Positions 48,397 to 58,396 of a stretch of 63,475 bases of DNA are shown here, piece by piece. The notes under the pieces were generated by a model, which had not been told where the DNA came from, did not search any database, and saw nothing but the letters and a program-made list of their open reading frames with translations. Every line of letters begins with the position of its first letter. Positions within the stretch are counted from its first letter, which is position 1. This DNA is from Candidatus Jacksonbacteria bacterium RIFCSPLOWO2_02_FULL_44_20 (GTDB lineage: Bacteria; Patescibacteriota; Patescibacteriia; UBA9629). The position numbers and the translations under genes were made by a program. The stretch is taken from contig MHJU01000017.1 of NCBI GenBank assembly GCA_001818155.1, forward strand, positions 1 through 63,475, given 5' to 3'.

Positions 48397-49662
48397 TTAA
48401 TCCTCCAGTAAAAATTTCCAAAGCGGCACTAGACGAATTCCTGATCTCTCATCGCGAAAAACATCACGAGTAACAAGAATGCCGCTTGAGATGGAAAACT
48501 TCTCCATAAATGCCTTAAGTTGAACTTCGTCCGGCTTTCCCCACTTTACTTCAATAGGAAGTATCTCCTGCCCGTCCTTGCGCACAAAGTCAATTTCAAA
48601 ACCATTCCGGTAATAATATTCTGCGTTCAGTTTCATCGCGACCGCCGATTCAGCGACTTTCGCAAGCAGAGCGTCAGTATAGAAATCACTGCGATACGCA
48701 AAACAGAAAGCAGGAGAAACAGGATAGTACTTTTTTCCTTTCCTGGAGGCGATGAGAAACCCCGGGCGCAAATTTCCGATTGCGCGAACCAGAAGTCCAT
48801 ACTGCAAATATCCAAGATAATTTCCGATCGTAATTTTACTCCGTCCGGTATCGCGAGCGAGCCGTTCCACGTTCACGATATTGCCCGGTTCGCGCACAAT
48901 ATATTCAAGGAGCGTTCGCAGAAGTTCAGCATCTTTAAGCGCAAATTCCTGCGGAAGATCTCTGTATATAATACGCTCAAGGATTAAGTTTTTGAGATAC
49001 TGGCGCACAGCATCGTCACTCTCTTCATGCGCAAGTTCCGGAAAACCGCCTTTGCGAAGATAATCCATTAATAACGGCTGAATTTCGCCTTGAGCAAGTT
49101 CAGGATTATCAAGCGCAACCTTATTGTTCTTCCAGTCAAGAAATTCTTTGAATGTCAGAGGAGCGGCATATATGTCAATCATCCGTCCAGCAAGACTTTC
49201 GCGAGCATTTTTCTCAAGCGTTACTGATGCGGAACCAGAAAGAAAAATTTTGACGTTTGGATGAAGATCATACAGTTGTTTGATTGCGGACTGCCAATCT
49301 GCGACTTTCTGGATTTCGTCAAAGAAAAAAAATATCCGATCAATATCGCCTAATTTTTTTTTGATAATCTTTTCCTCATATAGCGCAACAATGTTTTGAA
49401 TGGTCGCGGATTGATCGTCAAAAGAAAAGTATAAAACTTTGCGCTCATCGCTTCCAATACGCAAAAGATGTTTTATCAGCTGATAAAATGTAGTCGTTTT
49501 ACCCACACGCCGCAAACCAAAAAGCAGTACTGCGAAACGACTATCCAGATGCTTTATAAGTTCGCGCAGTATTGGCCGCTCATGTGAGCCGACAAACACT
49601 TTTGGCACCTCTTTCTGCGTCCACCACGGATTAAATTGCGCTAAAATATCAACAGTTACCAT
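48397..49662 (-). CDS. AAA+ ATPase (AAA_14/DUF4143 type)
   Basis: 'QFNPWW', GLRRVGKTT, 'FFDEIQ', 'SGSAS', 'GGFPE', 'EIDFV...PIEVKW'. Confidence 0.88.
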   Translation of the reverse strand: MVTVDILAQFNPWWTQKEVPKVFVGSHERPILRELIKHLDSRFAVLLFGLRRVGKTTTFYQLIKHLLRIGSDERKVLYFSFDDQSATIQNIVALYEEKIIKKKLGDIDRIFFFFDEIQKVADWQSAIKQLYDLHPNVKIFLSGSASVTLEKNARESLAGRMIDIYAAPLTFKEFLDWKNNKVALDNPELAQGEIQPLLMDYLRKGGFPELAHEESDDAVRQYLKNLILERIIYRDLPQEFALKDAELLRTLLEYIVREPGNIVNVERLARDTGRSKITIGNYLGYLQYGLLVRAIGNLRPGFLIASRKGKKYYPVSPAFCFAYRSDFYTDALLAKVAESAVAMKLNAEYYYRNGFEIDFVRKDGQEILPIEVKWGKPDEVQLKAFMEKFSISSGILVTRDVFRDERSGIRLVPLWKFLLED

Positions 49663-49750
49663 GACATTAGTATATCAGAATATACGAATAAATCAACTAT
49701 TCGGTTAGTCAACCAAATATCATAAAATCATGATTGTAAACCCAAACCAC

Positions 49751-51049
49751 TCAAAACAACGCCGTTTGAGCTCCGAAAAACGCGGAGCGATCGGAATCGG
49801 AAAACACAGAAACCTTGCCGTAAACGCCGTCATAGCCGGGCTCAATGTGAATACGTCCCTCGCGAACTCTTTGTACCCCTTCGGCGATTTCAGGAAGCGT
49901 CAAATGCGCAAGCTCGTCAATTGAAATTTCCATAAGAATAGCATACTCGTTTTTGCATTCGTCTATGAGCTTATCATATTCCTCGCGCGCCTTCTTTGTT
50001 TCCGATTTAGTTCCAAATACATCTCTTATGATCTCGGAGAGCGGAACGATTTTTTTGAAAGGCGGACGGTGAAGTTCTCCGTAGACGCGCGCCTCGTCAG
50101 CGGTTCGCCCTGAAAGAAAATCAACGCGGTATTCAACTCCAAGAGTAAGAGGCTTCCTGCATTTGGGGCACAGCCCTTGTGCTCGCTTCGTTTCTTCAGG
50201 CGAAAACACAATACCGCACGCGCGATGGCCGTCGTAATGATACTTTCCTTCTTCCGGATAAAATTCAATTGTGTATAGAATATAATTTTTCGGGAAATTT
50301 TTTTTATCCAAGCGTCGGCTATTTTTTAAGGCATCTTTTATATTTTGATAACTCGCCGAGGCAAGTTCATACACTGTTGCTTCGCGCCCAACCTTTCCTA
50401 TAGAATGCGCGTCCCCATGCGAAACTATCGCGTACGAGTCCAGCTCCGGAACTCTCCAGTTCATTAAAGGGTCCGATGAAAGCCCTGTTTCAACCGCAAA
50501 AATATGTTGCGACATCTTGCCAAAGCATTCGCTCAATGAATCAAAACCGCTTTTAGATCCAAAAACTGAAAACCACGGAGTCCAAATATGAGCCGGAATT
50601 ACCATACACTCTCCACTTGCATCAAACACGATTTTTGCAAGTTCCTCCGACGACATCCCCAAAATCGGGCGCCCGTCAGAGGCGAGATTCCCAACTTTCC
50701 CAAGCCGCTCTGCGAGACGATCAACAGCTTTGAAATCAGGCGCCGTGATCAAAATATGATTTCTTCGCCCTCTGCCGTTTTCCGTATAAATACACGAAAT
50801 TTCTTGAGTCAGCATGAACATCGGAAATTGCTCCAGGGCGCAGTCTTTCAAAACAAAAAAACCTTCCAAATCGGAAGGAATCAATTTTTCTTTGAGTTCT
50901 CTCAAATACTTCGGATGCGTAAAATCGCCTGTGCCAATCACGTCTATCCCCTTCATTTTCGCCGCTTGTATCAACCCTTCCGGAGAGAGATTCTTGCTCG
51001 TCGCGCGAGAGTATTTGGAATGGACGTGGAGGTCGGTTACAAGACGCAT
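49751..51049 (-). CDS. PHP-domain endonuclease Q family protein
   Basis: 'DLHVHSKYSRATS', 'GTGDFTHP', 'PAHIWTPW', 'ETGLSSD', 'GKYHYDGHRAC..CPKC', 'PGYDGVYG'. Confidence 0.85.
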   Translation of the reverse strand: MRLVTDLHVHSKYSRATSKNLSPEGLIQAAKMKGIDVIGTGDFTHPKYLRELKEKLIPSDLEGFFVLKDCALEQFPMFMLTQEISCIYTENGRGRRNHILITAPDFKAVDRLAERLGKVGNLASDGRPILGMSSEELAKIVFDASGECMVIPAHIWTPWFSVFGSKSGFDSLSECFGKMSQHIFAVETGLSSDPLMNWRVPELDSYAIVSHGDAHSIGKVGREATVYELASASYQNIKDALKNSRRLDKKNFPKNYILYTIEFYPEEGKYHYDGHRACGIVFSPEETKRAQGLCPKCRKPLTLGVEYRVDFLSGRTADEARVYGELHRPPFKKIVPLSEIIRDVFGTKSETKKAREEYDKLIDECKNEYAILMEISIDELAHLTLPEIAEGVQRVREGRIHIEPGYDGVYGKVSVFSDSDRSAFFGAQTALF

Positions 51050-51069
51050 AAAGTTCAAAGTTATTTGCG

Positions 51070-52437
51070 CTATCCGTACAGCCTCTGTTTTATATTCTCC
51101 ACCTCCAGTCGCAACCGCTCTTCCGACTCAAGCATGCCGCCGATTTTGTCGCACGCGTACATAACAGTTGTATGATCTCGCCCTCCAAGATGCAGACCGA
51201 TCGTCGGAAACGAAAAATCCAGTTCCTGGCGCATCAAATACATTGTAATCTGCCGCGGAACCACAAACTCGCGTTTCCGGCATATCCCTAAAATGTCATC
51301 CAGGGACACAGAGTAAAACTCCGCAACAGCCTCCATAACGCGCTTTGGAGTTAGCGCGCGCTTGCTTGGATCTGCAAGAAAACTCGCAACAACATCTTTC
51401 ACAGAATTGATCGTCGGCGTTTTTCGCGAGAGTTCGTACCATGCGATGATCTTATTTAGAGCCCCTTCCAATTCTCTGATATTATTTTTAATGCTCTCCG
51501 CAATATACACGACCAGCTCCCGCTCAAGCGTGAACTGCTTCTCTTTGCATTTACTTTCTAAAATCGCAATTCTGGTTTCAACGTCCGGCATTTTGATGTC
51601 CGCAATCATCCCCCACTCAAACCGCGAAATCATGCGATCCTGCAATTCCACAAGCGCTTTTGGCGGGCGATCAGAGGTGATCACCATTTGTTTGTTCTTG
51701 CGATGCAGTTCTTCAAACGTATGGAAAAACTCGTCTTGCGTTTTTTCCTTGTCAATCATAAACTGCACATCATCAACTAAAAGAACATCAACTCCCCTGT
51801 ATGTAGCCCGAAACGCGTCAAATCCTCCGGAACGCGCGGCTGACACGTAGTCGTTTGTAAATCGTTCAAAATTTAGAGAGAGCACTTTTTTACCGGCGTG
51901 GTTTCTGCGTATAAACTGCCCGATTGCGTGCATGAGATGGGTTTTGCCAAGCCCGACATCGCCGTAGAGAAAAAGCGGGTTGTATCTCGTCCCGAGCTCT
52001 TCGCAAATAGCGCGGCTTGCGGAATACGCGAGTTCGTTGCCGCTACCGACAACAAAATTGTCAAAAGTATATCGCCTGTTAAACCCGAACTCGTCCACTT
52101 TTTCCTGTACAATCACTCCGCCTAGCTTTGGATTGGAAAGAGGATAAATTGTTGCATCCGGCGGTTTTATAACTTGGCGGGCAGTTTGAATCTGATATAA
52201 GATGCGTTTAATTTTATCCTGACAAACGTTATTCAACGCCTTCATGATGTACGCGTTGTAACGCTGTTCCATCCATGATTTTGTAAACGCGTTTGGCACC
52301 GCAATCGCAACTTCGCCGGTATCTTCCGCAATTGTGATAATAAAGGTATTCTGAAACCATGTTGTAAAATTCGCCTTGGAGAGCATGAGTTCCAATTCTC
52401 CAAGAGCGGACTGCCAAATTTTTTGTGGGTCAAGCAT
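51070..52437 (-). CDS. dnaA: Chromosomal replication initiator DnaA
   Basis: 'YTFDNFVVG', 'YNPLFLYGDVGLGKTHL', 'NIRELEGAL', 'GGRDHTTV'. Confidence 0.97.
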   Translation of the reverse strand: MLDPQKIWQSALGELELMLSKANFTTWFQNTFIITIAEDTGEVAIAVPNAFTKSWMEQRYNAYIMKALNNVCQDKIKRILYQIQTARQVIKPPDATIYPLSNPKLGGVIVQEKVDEFGFNRRYTFDNFVVGSGNELAYSASRAICEELGTRYNPLFLYGDVGLGKTHLMHAIGQFIRRNHAGKKVLSLNFERFTNDYVSAARSGGFDAFRATYRGVDVLLVDDVQFMIDKEKTQDEFFHTFEELHRKNKQMVITSDRPPKALVELQDRMISRFEWGMIADIKMPDVETRIAILESKCKEKQFTLERELVVYIAESIKNNIRELEGALNKIIAWYELSRKTPTINSVKDVVASFLADPSKRALTPKRVMEAVAEFYSVSLDDILGICRKREFVVPRQITMYLMRQELDFSFPTIGLHLGGRDHTTVMYACDKIGGMLESEERLRLEVENIKQRLYG

Positions 52438-52468
52438 TGGTGTGTCTGCAATATAGCATATCCTTTTT

Positions 52469-52520
52469 TTATCCACAAGTATCATTTTATCCCTATAATA
52501 TGGGGAAAAACTGTGTATAA
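52469..52520. promoter_or_regulatory. DnaA boxes upstream of dnaA (autoregulatory site or part of oriC)
   Basis: TTATCCACA at 52469-52477, TGTGTATAA at 52512-52520 (reverse complement TTATACACA), degenerate TTATCCCTA between. Confidence 0.7.
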
Positions 52521-52529
52521 TTTTTATTT

Positions 52530-53897
52530 ATGTTAAGCCAAATCAAAATTCTTGAACGCATCCTTTATAAAAAATACCCATCTTCAAAAGTATATCTTGT
52601 TGGCGGAGCCGTGCGCGATAAACTCATGAAACGCGTAGCTTGCGATTTGGATGTGGTTGTTACAGGAGTTCCGAAAGATCAACTGGAAAAAATTCTTGCT
52701 GGTCTCGGCGCTTTGCGGCTCGTTGGAAAATCGTTTGGCGTGTATAAATGGAACGATGTTGATATCGCCATCCCCCGCCGTGAAACAGGATGGGGCACTG
52801 GAGCGAGACGCGACGTAACCGTGCAATCGGACCACACGCTTTCAATTGAAAAAGATTTGGAAAGGCGGGATTTTACTATAAACGCCATTGCTTATGACAT
52901 GCGAAATAAACTTTACATTGATCCGCACGATGGGCGGCGCGATATTCAAAACAAAATCATCCGAACTGTCGGGGATCCGCACGAACGTTTTACAGAAGAT
53001 AATTCCAGGCTTCTGCGCGCGCTTCGCATAGCCATTGAATTAAACTTTGAAATTGAACCGAAAACGCGCAAGATTATCTCTCAAATGATCGCAAAGGCAA
53101 AAAACGTAACAAAAGAAATCGCCGCGACTGAAATCGTGAAGGCGATCAGCGCATCTCCAGAGGCCGCGTTGAAACTTTTTAATTCAACTCGACTAATCCC
53201 AGTATTATTTCCTGAACTCGCGCTCATGCAGAAATGCAAACAGCCGAAAAAATGGCATTCAGAAGGAACTGTATGGACTCATACACTCCTCGCGCTTCGC
53301 GAACTGGAAAAAAATAGGAAACATCCATACGACCCAACTCTTATATTAGCGCTAATCCTCCACGACAGCGGAAAAGTGCAAACAAGAAAGAGACGCGGAA
53401 ATAAAATTACTTTTTATAATCATGCGACTGTCGGAGCGCGAATTGCGCGGCGGATGATCAAACGGCTAAAACTGGAATCCGCGGGAGTAGAAAAAGAACA
53501 AGCCTCGTGGCTCATTAAACACCATATGATTGCGTTTAGCGGTGATCCGAAAAAACTGCGAAACACTACTATTGAGCGATATTTTTTAAGCGATCGTTAC
53601 CCGTCAGAACACCTGATGACGATGATTGAGTGCGATTCGCGCGCAAGCGTGCCATTAAGTCCTGATCGCGACAATCTCCATGGATTATCAATCATAAAAA
53701 AACGCATTGCGGAAATTAAAAAAAAGCCGCCGAAAGCGCTTTTGAATGGGGAGGAAATTATGACAATTTTGAATATCAAGCCCGGAGTAGAAGTCGGGAA
53801 AGTCATCGCGCGGCTCCGTGAAGCGCAACTGTCGGGACGCGTTAATACGAAATTAGAGGCGCGCAAATTTCTTCAAAAATTATCTGTGAAATCCTAA
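52530..53897 (+). CDS. tRNA nucleotidyltransferase (CCA-adding)/poly(A) polymerase family with HD domain
   Basis: 'VGGAVRD', 'DLDV', 'DLERRDFTINA', 'EDNSRLLRA', 'H.EG.V..HT', 'LHD.GK'. Confidence 0.9.
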   Translation: MLSQIKILERILYKKYPSSKVYLVGGAVRDKLMKRVACDLDVVVTGVPKDQLEKILAGLGALRLVGKSFGVYKWNDVDIAIPRRETGWGTGARRDVTVQSDHTLSIEKDLERRDFTINAIAYDMRNKLYIDPHDGRRDIQNKIIRTVGDPHERFTEDNSRLLRALRIAIELNFEIEPKTRKIISQMIAKAKNVTKEIAATEIVKAISASPEAALKLFNSTRLIPVLFPELALMQKCKQPKKWHSEGTVWTHTLLALRELEKNRKHPYDPTLILALILHDSGKVQTRKRRGNKITFYNHATVGARIARRMIKRLKLESAGVEKEQASWLIKHHMIAFSGDPKKLRNTTIERYFLSDRYPSEHLMTMIECDSRASVPLSPDRDNLHGLSIIKKRIAEIKKKPPKALLNGEEIMTILNIKPGVEVGKVIARLREAQLSGRVNTKLEARKFLQKLSVKS

Positions 53898-54383
53898 CAT
53901 TGTTGACTCCGCGATATTCAATGACAATACATAAAGCGGAATCAGCAGTAAAACAGTAATCACTGAAAGCGCGATGTACGTGCTTTTTTGATTATGACGA
54001 AACACGAGCGCGAAAAAAATAATCACAAGCGTATACATAATAAGCGCAACTAATGCGACTACTCCATGGCCTAGATTATTTAAGACGCTCGTTGATGAAA
54101 TAAGCCACGGCAAAAATCCGAATGAAATAACAAACCACGCTTTTCCAAACGAAAACCCGCGCATAATCGCGCCAAAAAGAATCGGGAGAAGCACCGCGCC
54201 AATAACGATGCCAGCGCACACTGCCCGATGCTCATAGACTGGCGTCTGCTTTACGCGCTTCGGCAGTTCTTTCTCTGCCAAAATTTTTCTGTCAATGCGG
54301 ATGAGTTCGTACATCGCAAAAACCATTCCTCCGATAATGATAAACCAGACGATTGTGCCGATAATTGGGATAAACGGGTGCAT
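53880..54383 (-). CDS. Hypothetical membrane protein
   Basis: About five TM segments; ORF is open to 54404. Confidence 0.6.
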   Translation of the reverse strand: MHPFIPIIGTIVWFIIIGGMVFAMYELIRIDRKILAEKELPKRVKQTPVYEHRAVCAGIVIGAVLLPILFGAIMRGFSFGKAWFVISFGFLPWLISSTSVLNNLGHGVVALVALIMYTLVIIFFALVFRHNQKSTYIALSVITVLLLIPLYVLSLNIAESTMLGFHR

Positions 54384-54407
54384 AAAAAAATGTTGATACT
54401 CCAAATT

Positions 54408-55055
54408 TTATAAAAACTGCAATTCACGAATGGCTTTGCCGATGTTCTCTTGTTTCCATAAATACGATCCCAGGCACAAGTGAGTCGCGCCTGCGAGAAT
54501 TATCCGCGGAGCGGTTTCAAGATTTATCCCTCCGTCAACCGAAATCGGAATCGCGGGAGCTTTGGCGCGAAGTTCATGAATTTTTGAAAGAACGCCTTCT
54601 TTGAACAATTGCCCCGCAAACCCTGGATCAACTCCCATAAGTAACACCATGTCTATTTGTGGAAGCTCATCTATGATTGCGCTCACGGGAGTACTAGGAT
54701 TTAATGCGACTGCTAGCTCTTTTCCGGCTTTATGCGCGCGCATGGCGCACTCGCTTACATCTTTTCGAGAGCACGCCTCTTTGTGTATAATGATACGCTT
54801 TAGGCGCGATAACGCAAACCACTCATCTAAAATTCGCAATGGATTCTGCGTCATCAGATGAATCTCATAAGTGAGCGATGACGAAAACTCCGCAAGATCT
54901 TCCGCGCGCGACCATGTGATGTTCGGCACAAAAACGCCGTCCGCGATATCAATCTGCACTAATCCTATATCAGGCGCCTCTTTTTCAACGCGCCGTATTT
55001 TTTGTGCGATTGCCGAGAATTCTTTTTCAAGGATTGCGGGGATGATCTGGATCAT
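54408..55055 (-). CDS. rpe: Ribulose-phosphate 3-epimerase
   Basis: 'QIDIADGVFVPN', 'EIHLM', 'LMGVDPGFAGQ', 'VDGGIN'. Confidence 0.92.
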   Translation of the reverse strand: MIQIIPAILEKEFSAIAQKIRRVEKEAPDIGLVQIDIADGVFVPNITWSRAEDLAEFSSSLTYEIHLMTQNPLRILDEWFALSRLKRIIIHKEACSRKDVSECAMRAHKAGKELAVALNPSTPVSAIIDELPQIDMVLLMGVDPGFAGQLFKEGVLSKIHELRAKAPAIPISVDGGINLETAPRIILAGATHLCLGSYLWKQENIGKAIRELQFL

Positions 55056-56326
55056 ATTTTTGAAATCGGCAGTTTATTTGTTAATTCCCACAATTGCGCG
55101 TGGTACGATTTGTCAAACTCTTGTATAATCGTATCCGAACTTACGCTAGGATAAAGTTTTTGAGCAGAAAACTGAACATCAAGATTATGGCGTTTTGCAA
55201 ACAAATTTATGTCTTCAAAAATTTTGTCCACTTCTTCTTTTTTTATATTTTTCATACTATCATCCAAGAGCTTTATTTCATGAACAATTTTTTTTAATTT
55301 TTCATATCTATGCGCATCAGCAACATTTACGCTACTGCCATAATTACTTCGCGCGTACACAGCGAGATTGTAATACCAGCTCTGTTGTAAACTCCATAAA
55401 TCCTGATATTTTTCAATAGATTGGCTTAGTGGAATTAACGACTTTTCAAGCGCCTGAACGTCATCATAATATATTCCGCGCGCCAAATTTTTGAATTCTT
55501 CATTGTCTCCAGCTTCCTGCAATTTCCACAAACGCGCATGGTATGCCTTTTCTAGTTTATCAATAATAAGATCAGGTGTTAGGATCATTTTAGCATCATA
55601 TTCCGGTCGTTTAAAAGTATAAAAATCAAGCCCAACCTCTTGCGAGAGTTTGTTCATCTCCTGAATTGTTCCATTCGCACTGTGTATTCTATTATCTTGA
55701 TATAGCGCATCATGCATTTCCTTCAATTCGTTCAATTTTTGATTTGTGATCAATGATTTATAATCACTATCGCTATTGAGCGCTTCATACAACTGTTTCC
55801 CCCATTTCGCCATCTCAAGATTTACATCTTCTTCTTTATCTAAAATTTCTTTATAGGTTAAAAGTTTTTTTCTTAAGGTTTCATATTTTTCAGTAAACTC
55901 TGGACTTATAAGAGTATTTATTCGTTCTAGACGCATTTTTTCTGCATCTTCACCATGATCAGATTGGTTGGTATAGATAGATAATTTTTGGTCGTCATGG
56001 GGCCGCTGCATCATTGCCGCAAACTTGTCAATTAATTTTTGCTCTTGCGGAGTATAAGGTTTTTCATAAAACTCTTGAGAGATATCTAAAGTTCCTTGAT
56101 TAAACTGGTGTATTCGTATTTGATCCATCATAATACGCTTAATTGGACCGGCAACTTTTGGATATCCTCTTCTTTCAGCCTCCTCAAATAATTGATTTAC
56201 TTGCCACGTTTTACCTCTTTGGTCGGATTCTTTTTCTTCCGTCTTGTCATTAGTTGTAGATTGTGCCGTGCTCTCTTCATTTTTAGTTTCACTATTTTGT
56301 TGAAACATTTTTCTAAAAAAATCCAT
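55052..56326 (-). CDS. Hypothetical helical protein with internal duplication
   Basis: AT-rich 424-aa ORF between rpiB and rpe; repeated 'D.II....K.YHA.LW.L'. Confidence 0.65.
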   Translation of the reverse strand: MDFFRKMFQQNSETKNEESTAQSTTNDKTEEKESDQRGKTWQVNQLFEEAERRGYPKVAGPIKRIMMDQIRIHQFNQGTLDISQEFYEKPYTPQEQKLIDKFAAMMQRPHDDQKLSIYTNQSDHGEDAEKMRLERINTLISPEFTEKYETLRKKLLTYKEILDKEEDVNLEMAKWGKQLYEALNSDSDYKSLITNQKLNELKEMHDALYQDNRIHSANGTIQEMNKLSQEVGLDFYTFKRPEYDAKMILTPDLIIDKLEKAYHARLWKLQEAGDNEEFKNLARGIYYDDVQALEKSLIPLSQSIEKYQDLWSLQQSWYYNLAVYARSNYGSSVNVADAHRYEKLKKIVHEIKLLDDSMKNIKKEEVDKIFEDINLFAKRHNLDVQFSAQKLYPSVSSDTIIQEFDKSYHAQLWELTNKLPISKI

Positions 56327-56395
56327 AAAATAAAATTTGTTTAAGTGACAATTTCAGGTCTAGTTAAGCTAATCTAAACCGTCACATAAACTTTG

Positions 56396-56854
56396 TTAAA
56401 TTATCTCACTTTCCACCTCCCGCACCTTTCCAAATCTCCGTCTGTGCCGTTCGGGAATTAGCGATGAAGATGGTTTCAAAAATATATCAACTATTGCAAA
56501 TGCTTCCGCTGAATCAATATAACTAGCAGGCAAGGCAATCGCGTTTGGGTTGTTGTTGTGTTCGGAAACTCTTTTTGCAACCTCCCTGTTCCACACGAGC
56601 GCGCAATATACGCCTTTCACTTTATTTGCGGTGATTGAAACGCCGATGCCGCTTCCGCAAATCACGATTGCGCGATTTTCATCAGAATTCTCTGCAACTT
56701 TTTTTGCCGCGCTATAGGCAAAATCCGGATAGTCATCGTCTTTATCATAACTATACGCGCCCATATCCTCAAATGCAATACCGCGTTCTTTCAAAAACGC
56801 CTTAATTTTTTCTTTTAATTCAAAACCGGCGTGGTCGGCGGCGAGATAGAGCAT
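56396..56854 (-). CDS. rpiB: Ribose-5-phosphate isomerase B
   Basis: 'ADHAGFELKE', 'DDYPD', 'CGSGIG', 'ANKVKG', 'RHRRR'. Confidence 0.93.
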   Translation of the reverse strand: MLYLAADHAGFELKEKIKAFLKERGIAFEDMGAYSYDKDDDYPDFAYSAAKKVAENSDENRAIVICGSGIGVSITANKVKGVYCALVWNREVAKRVSEHNNNPNAIALPASYIDSAEAFAIVDIFLKPSSSLIPERHRRRFGKVREVESEII

Positions 56855-56863
56855 AATTTTATT

Positions 56864-58396
56864 TTAACGCATAAATAATAGTGTTGAAAGTGGCAATGCA
56901 ACAATACGAGGATCATCTGTTTTTACTTCTTCTCCCAATGTTACTAAAAGCCCAAAAGGCGCATTATAGTGAGCTTTATCAATAAACGAACGTAGCCCAT
57001 GAGTATCTTTATAATCTATATGGCGGCTATATTTTACTTCTATAGGAATGCGCTGTTCGCCAATTGTTAAAATAAAATCTACTTCAGGCTCCGAATCTCT
57101 TGCTGGAAAATGTGCGACATCAAGACCTGTAATTGATTTAAGGAAGTATCCGGCGGCGCTTTCCGCAATATGCCCGGCAAGGTCAGAAAGGTGCGGTGAT
57201 TGTGCTAACCCTACTTCAGTAAGCGGTATTACTTCCTGAAGCCACGCGGCACGTAACGCATGATCGCATAAACAGAGTTTTGGCGGACCTTTCTTTTTTT
57301 TGAGGCGTAGTTCTAACGGTTCAATAAGACCAATCAACAACGTGCCATCCAAAAATTTGAGATAGGTTAAGACACGGTTCCAGCCAATATTTGCATTCAT
57401 AATATTTTTAAGTTCATTAACATAGAAGGCAGAAGATGGAGATTGTCCAATATAGCGACATACGAACCGAAAAACCTCTTCCAATAGATGCTCGTCGCGT
57501 TTTTGCCCTCTTACTCCCAATCGTAGATCATGCTGAATTGCTCGTTTTACAACTGTTTCATTTAACTGATCTCCGAGTTCTTCCCAAGAATGGTCGGCGT
57601 TGACTTGCGCTACTGGATATGCCCCTCTCTCGGAAAATGCTGAAAATGCCTGCTCTCGAAGTATCTGATTCTTTAGTCCAAATTGACGCAGGTCCAACCA
57701 AAAATCCTTTTTCTTTAACGGAGCTAGTCCGTTCAAAGGCAGAAATGGCTCTAACTTTCCAAATTGACGAATCTCTGCAATTTCGCGCAAAAACAGCGGC
57801 CCCATATCAAGAGTATGCACTCTTCCAGCCAAACTATCTTTACCGACCTCAAGACGCAATGCAGAACTTCCAGTGATAACTGCTCGCGGTTGATAAATAT
57901 CAATCAAATGCTTTAATTGCGGCCCCCAATTTGGCAAATTTTGCACTTCATCTAAAAAAATATACGCTGGCTCATTATCTAATGCCGCTTGATTGAGTGT
58001 TTTGTGAAGAACCTGTTGTGAATACCAGCGCGCTAGTTCAAGAATTGTATTACCTTCTAATTTAATGAGGTCCGGCAGTTCATCGAACTGCACGCGAAAA
58101 ATCCGCTCTTGTGCCACACCCTCATCTAAAAGCGAATGAATCACTTGAACGAGCAAGGTTGTCTTCCCAATTTGGCGTGGGCCGCGCAGTAGAACCGCGG
58201 GAGACAAACCTTCTTTTAACCGATTGTAAACGGGCTGATAAGCCCATCGGTGTATTGGGGGCACGTTTGCCACTCGTTCACCTCTCCACCAAGGATTGTT
58301 ATCACGGATTGTTCTTTCTAGACCTTGAGAGAGTAGTTGTAAGAGAGATTCTTGCTTCATGTTATATCGTGTTCGTATTAGCTGTTTAATTGACAA
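56864..58396 (-). CDS. AAA+ ATPase (AAA_14/DUF4143 type)
   Basis: 'NPWW', GPRQIGKTT, 'FLDEVQ', 'TGSS', 'EVDFI...PIEVKY'. Confidence 0.85.
   Translation of the reverse strand: MSIKQLIRTRYNMKQESLLQLLSQGLERTIRDNNPWWRGERVANVPPIHRWAYQPVYNRLKEGLSPAVLLRGPRQIGKTTLLVQVIHSLLDEGVAQERIFRVQFDELPDLIKLEGNTILELARWYSQQVLHKTLNQAALDNEPAYIFLDEVQNLPNWGPQLKHLIDIYQPRAVITGSSALRLEVGKDSLAGRVHTLDMGPLFLREIAEIRQFGKLEPFLPLNGLAPLKKKDFWLDLRQFGLKNQILREQAFSAFSERGAYPVAQVNADHSWEELGDQLNETVVKRAIQHDLRLGVRGQKRDEHLLEEVFRFVCRYIGQSPSSAFYVNELKNIMNANIGWNRVLTYLKFLDGTLLIGLIEPLELRLKKKKGPPKLCLCDHALRAAWLQEVIPLTEVGLAQSPHLSDLAGHIAESAAGYFLKSITGLDVAHFPARDSEPEVDFILTIGEQRIPIEVKYSRHIDYKDTHGLRSFIDKAHYNAPFGLLVTLGEEVKTDDPRIVALPLSTLLFMR

Noticed and set aside
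56346..56385. Imperfect inverted repeat after rpiB (GTGAC...GTCAC)
   Set aside because: Short, mismatched and without a clear U-tract; cannot assign a function
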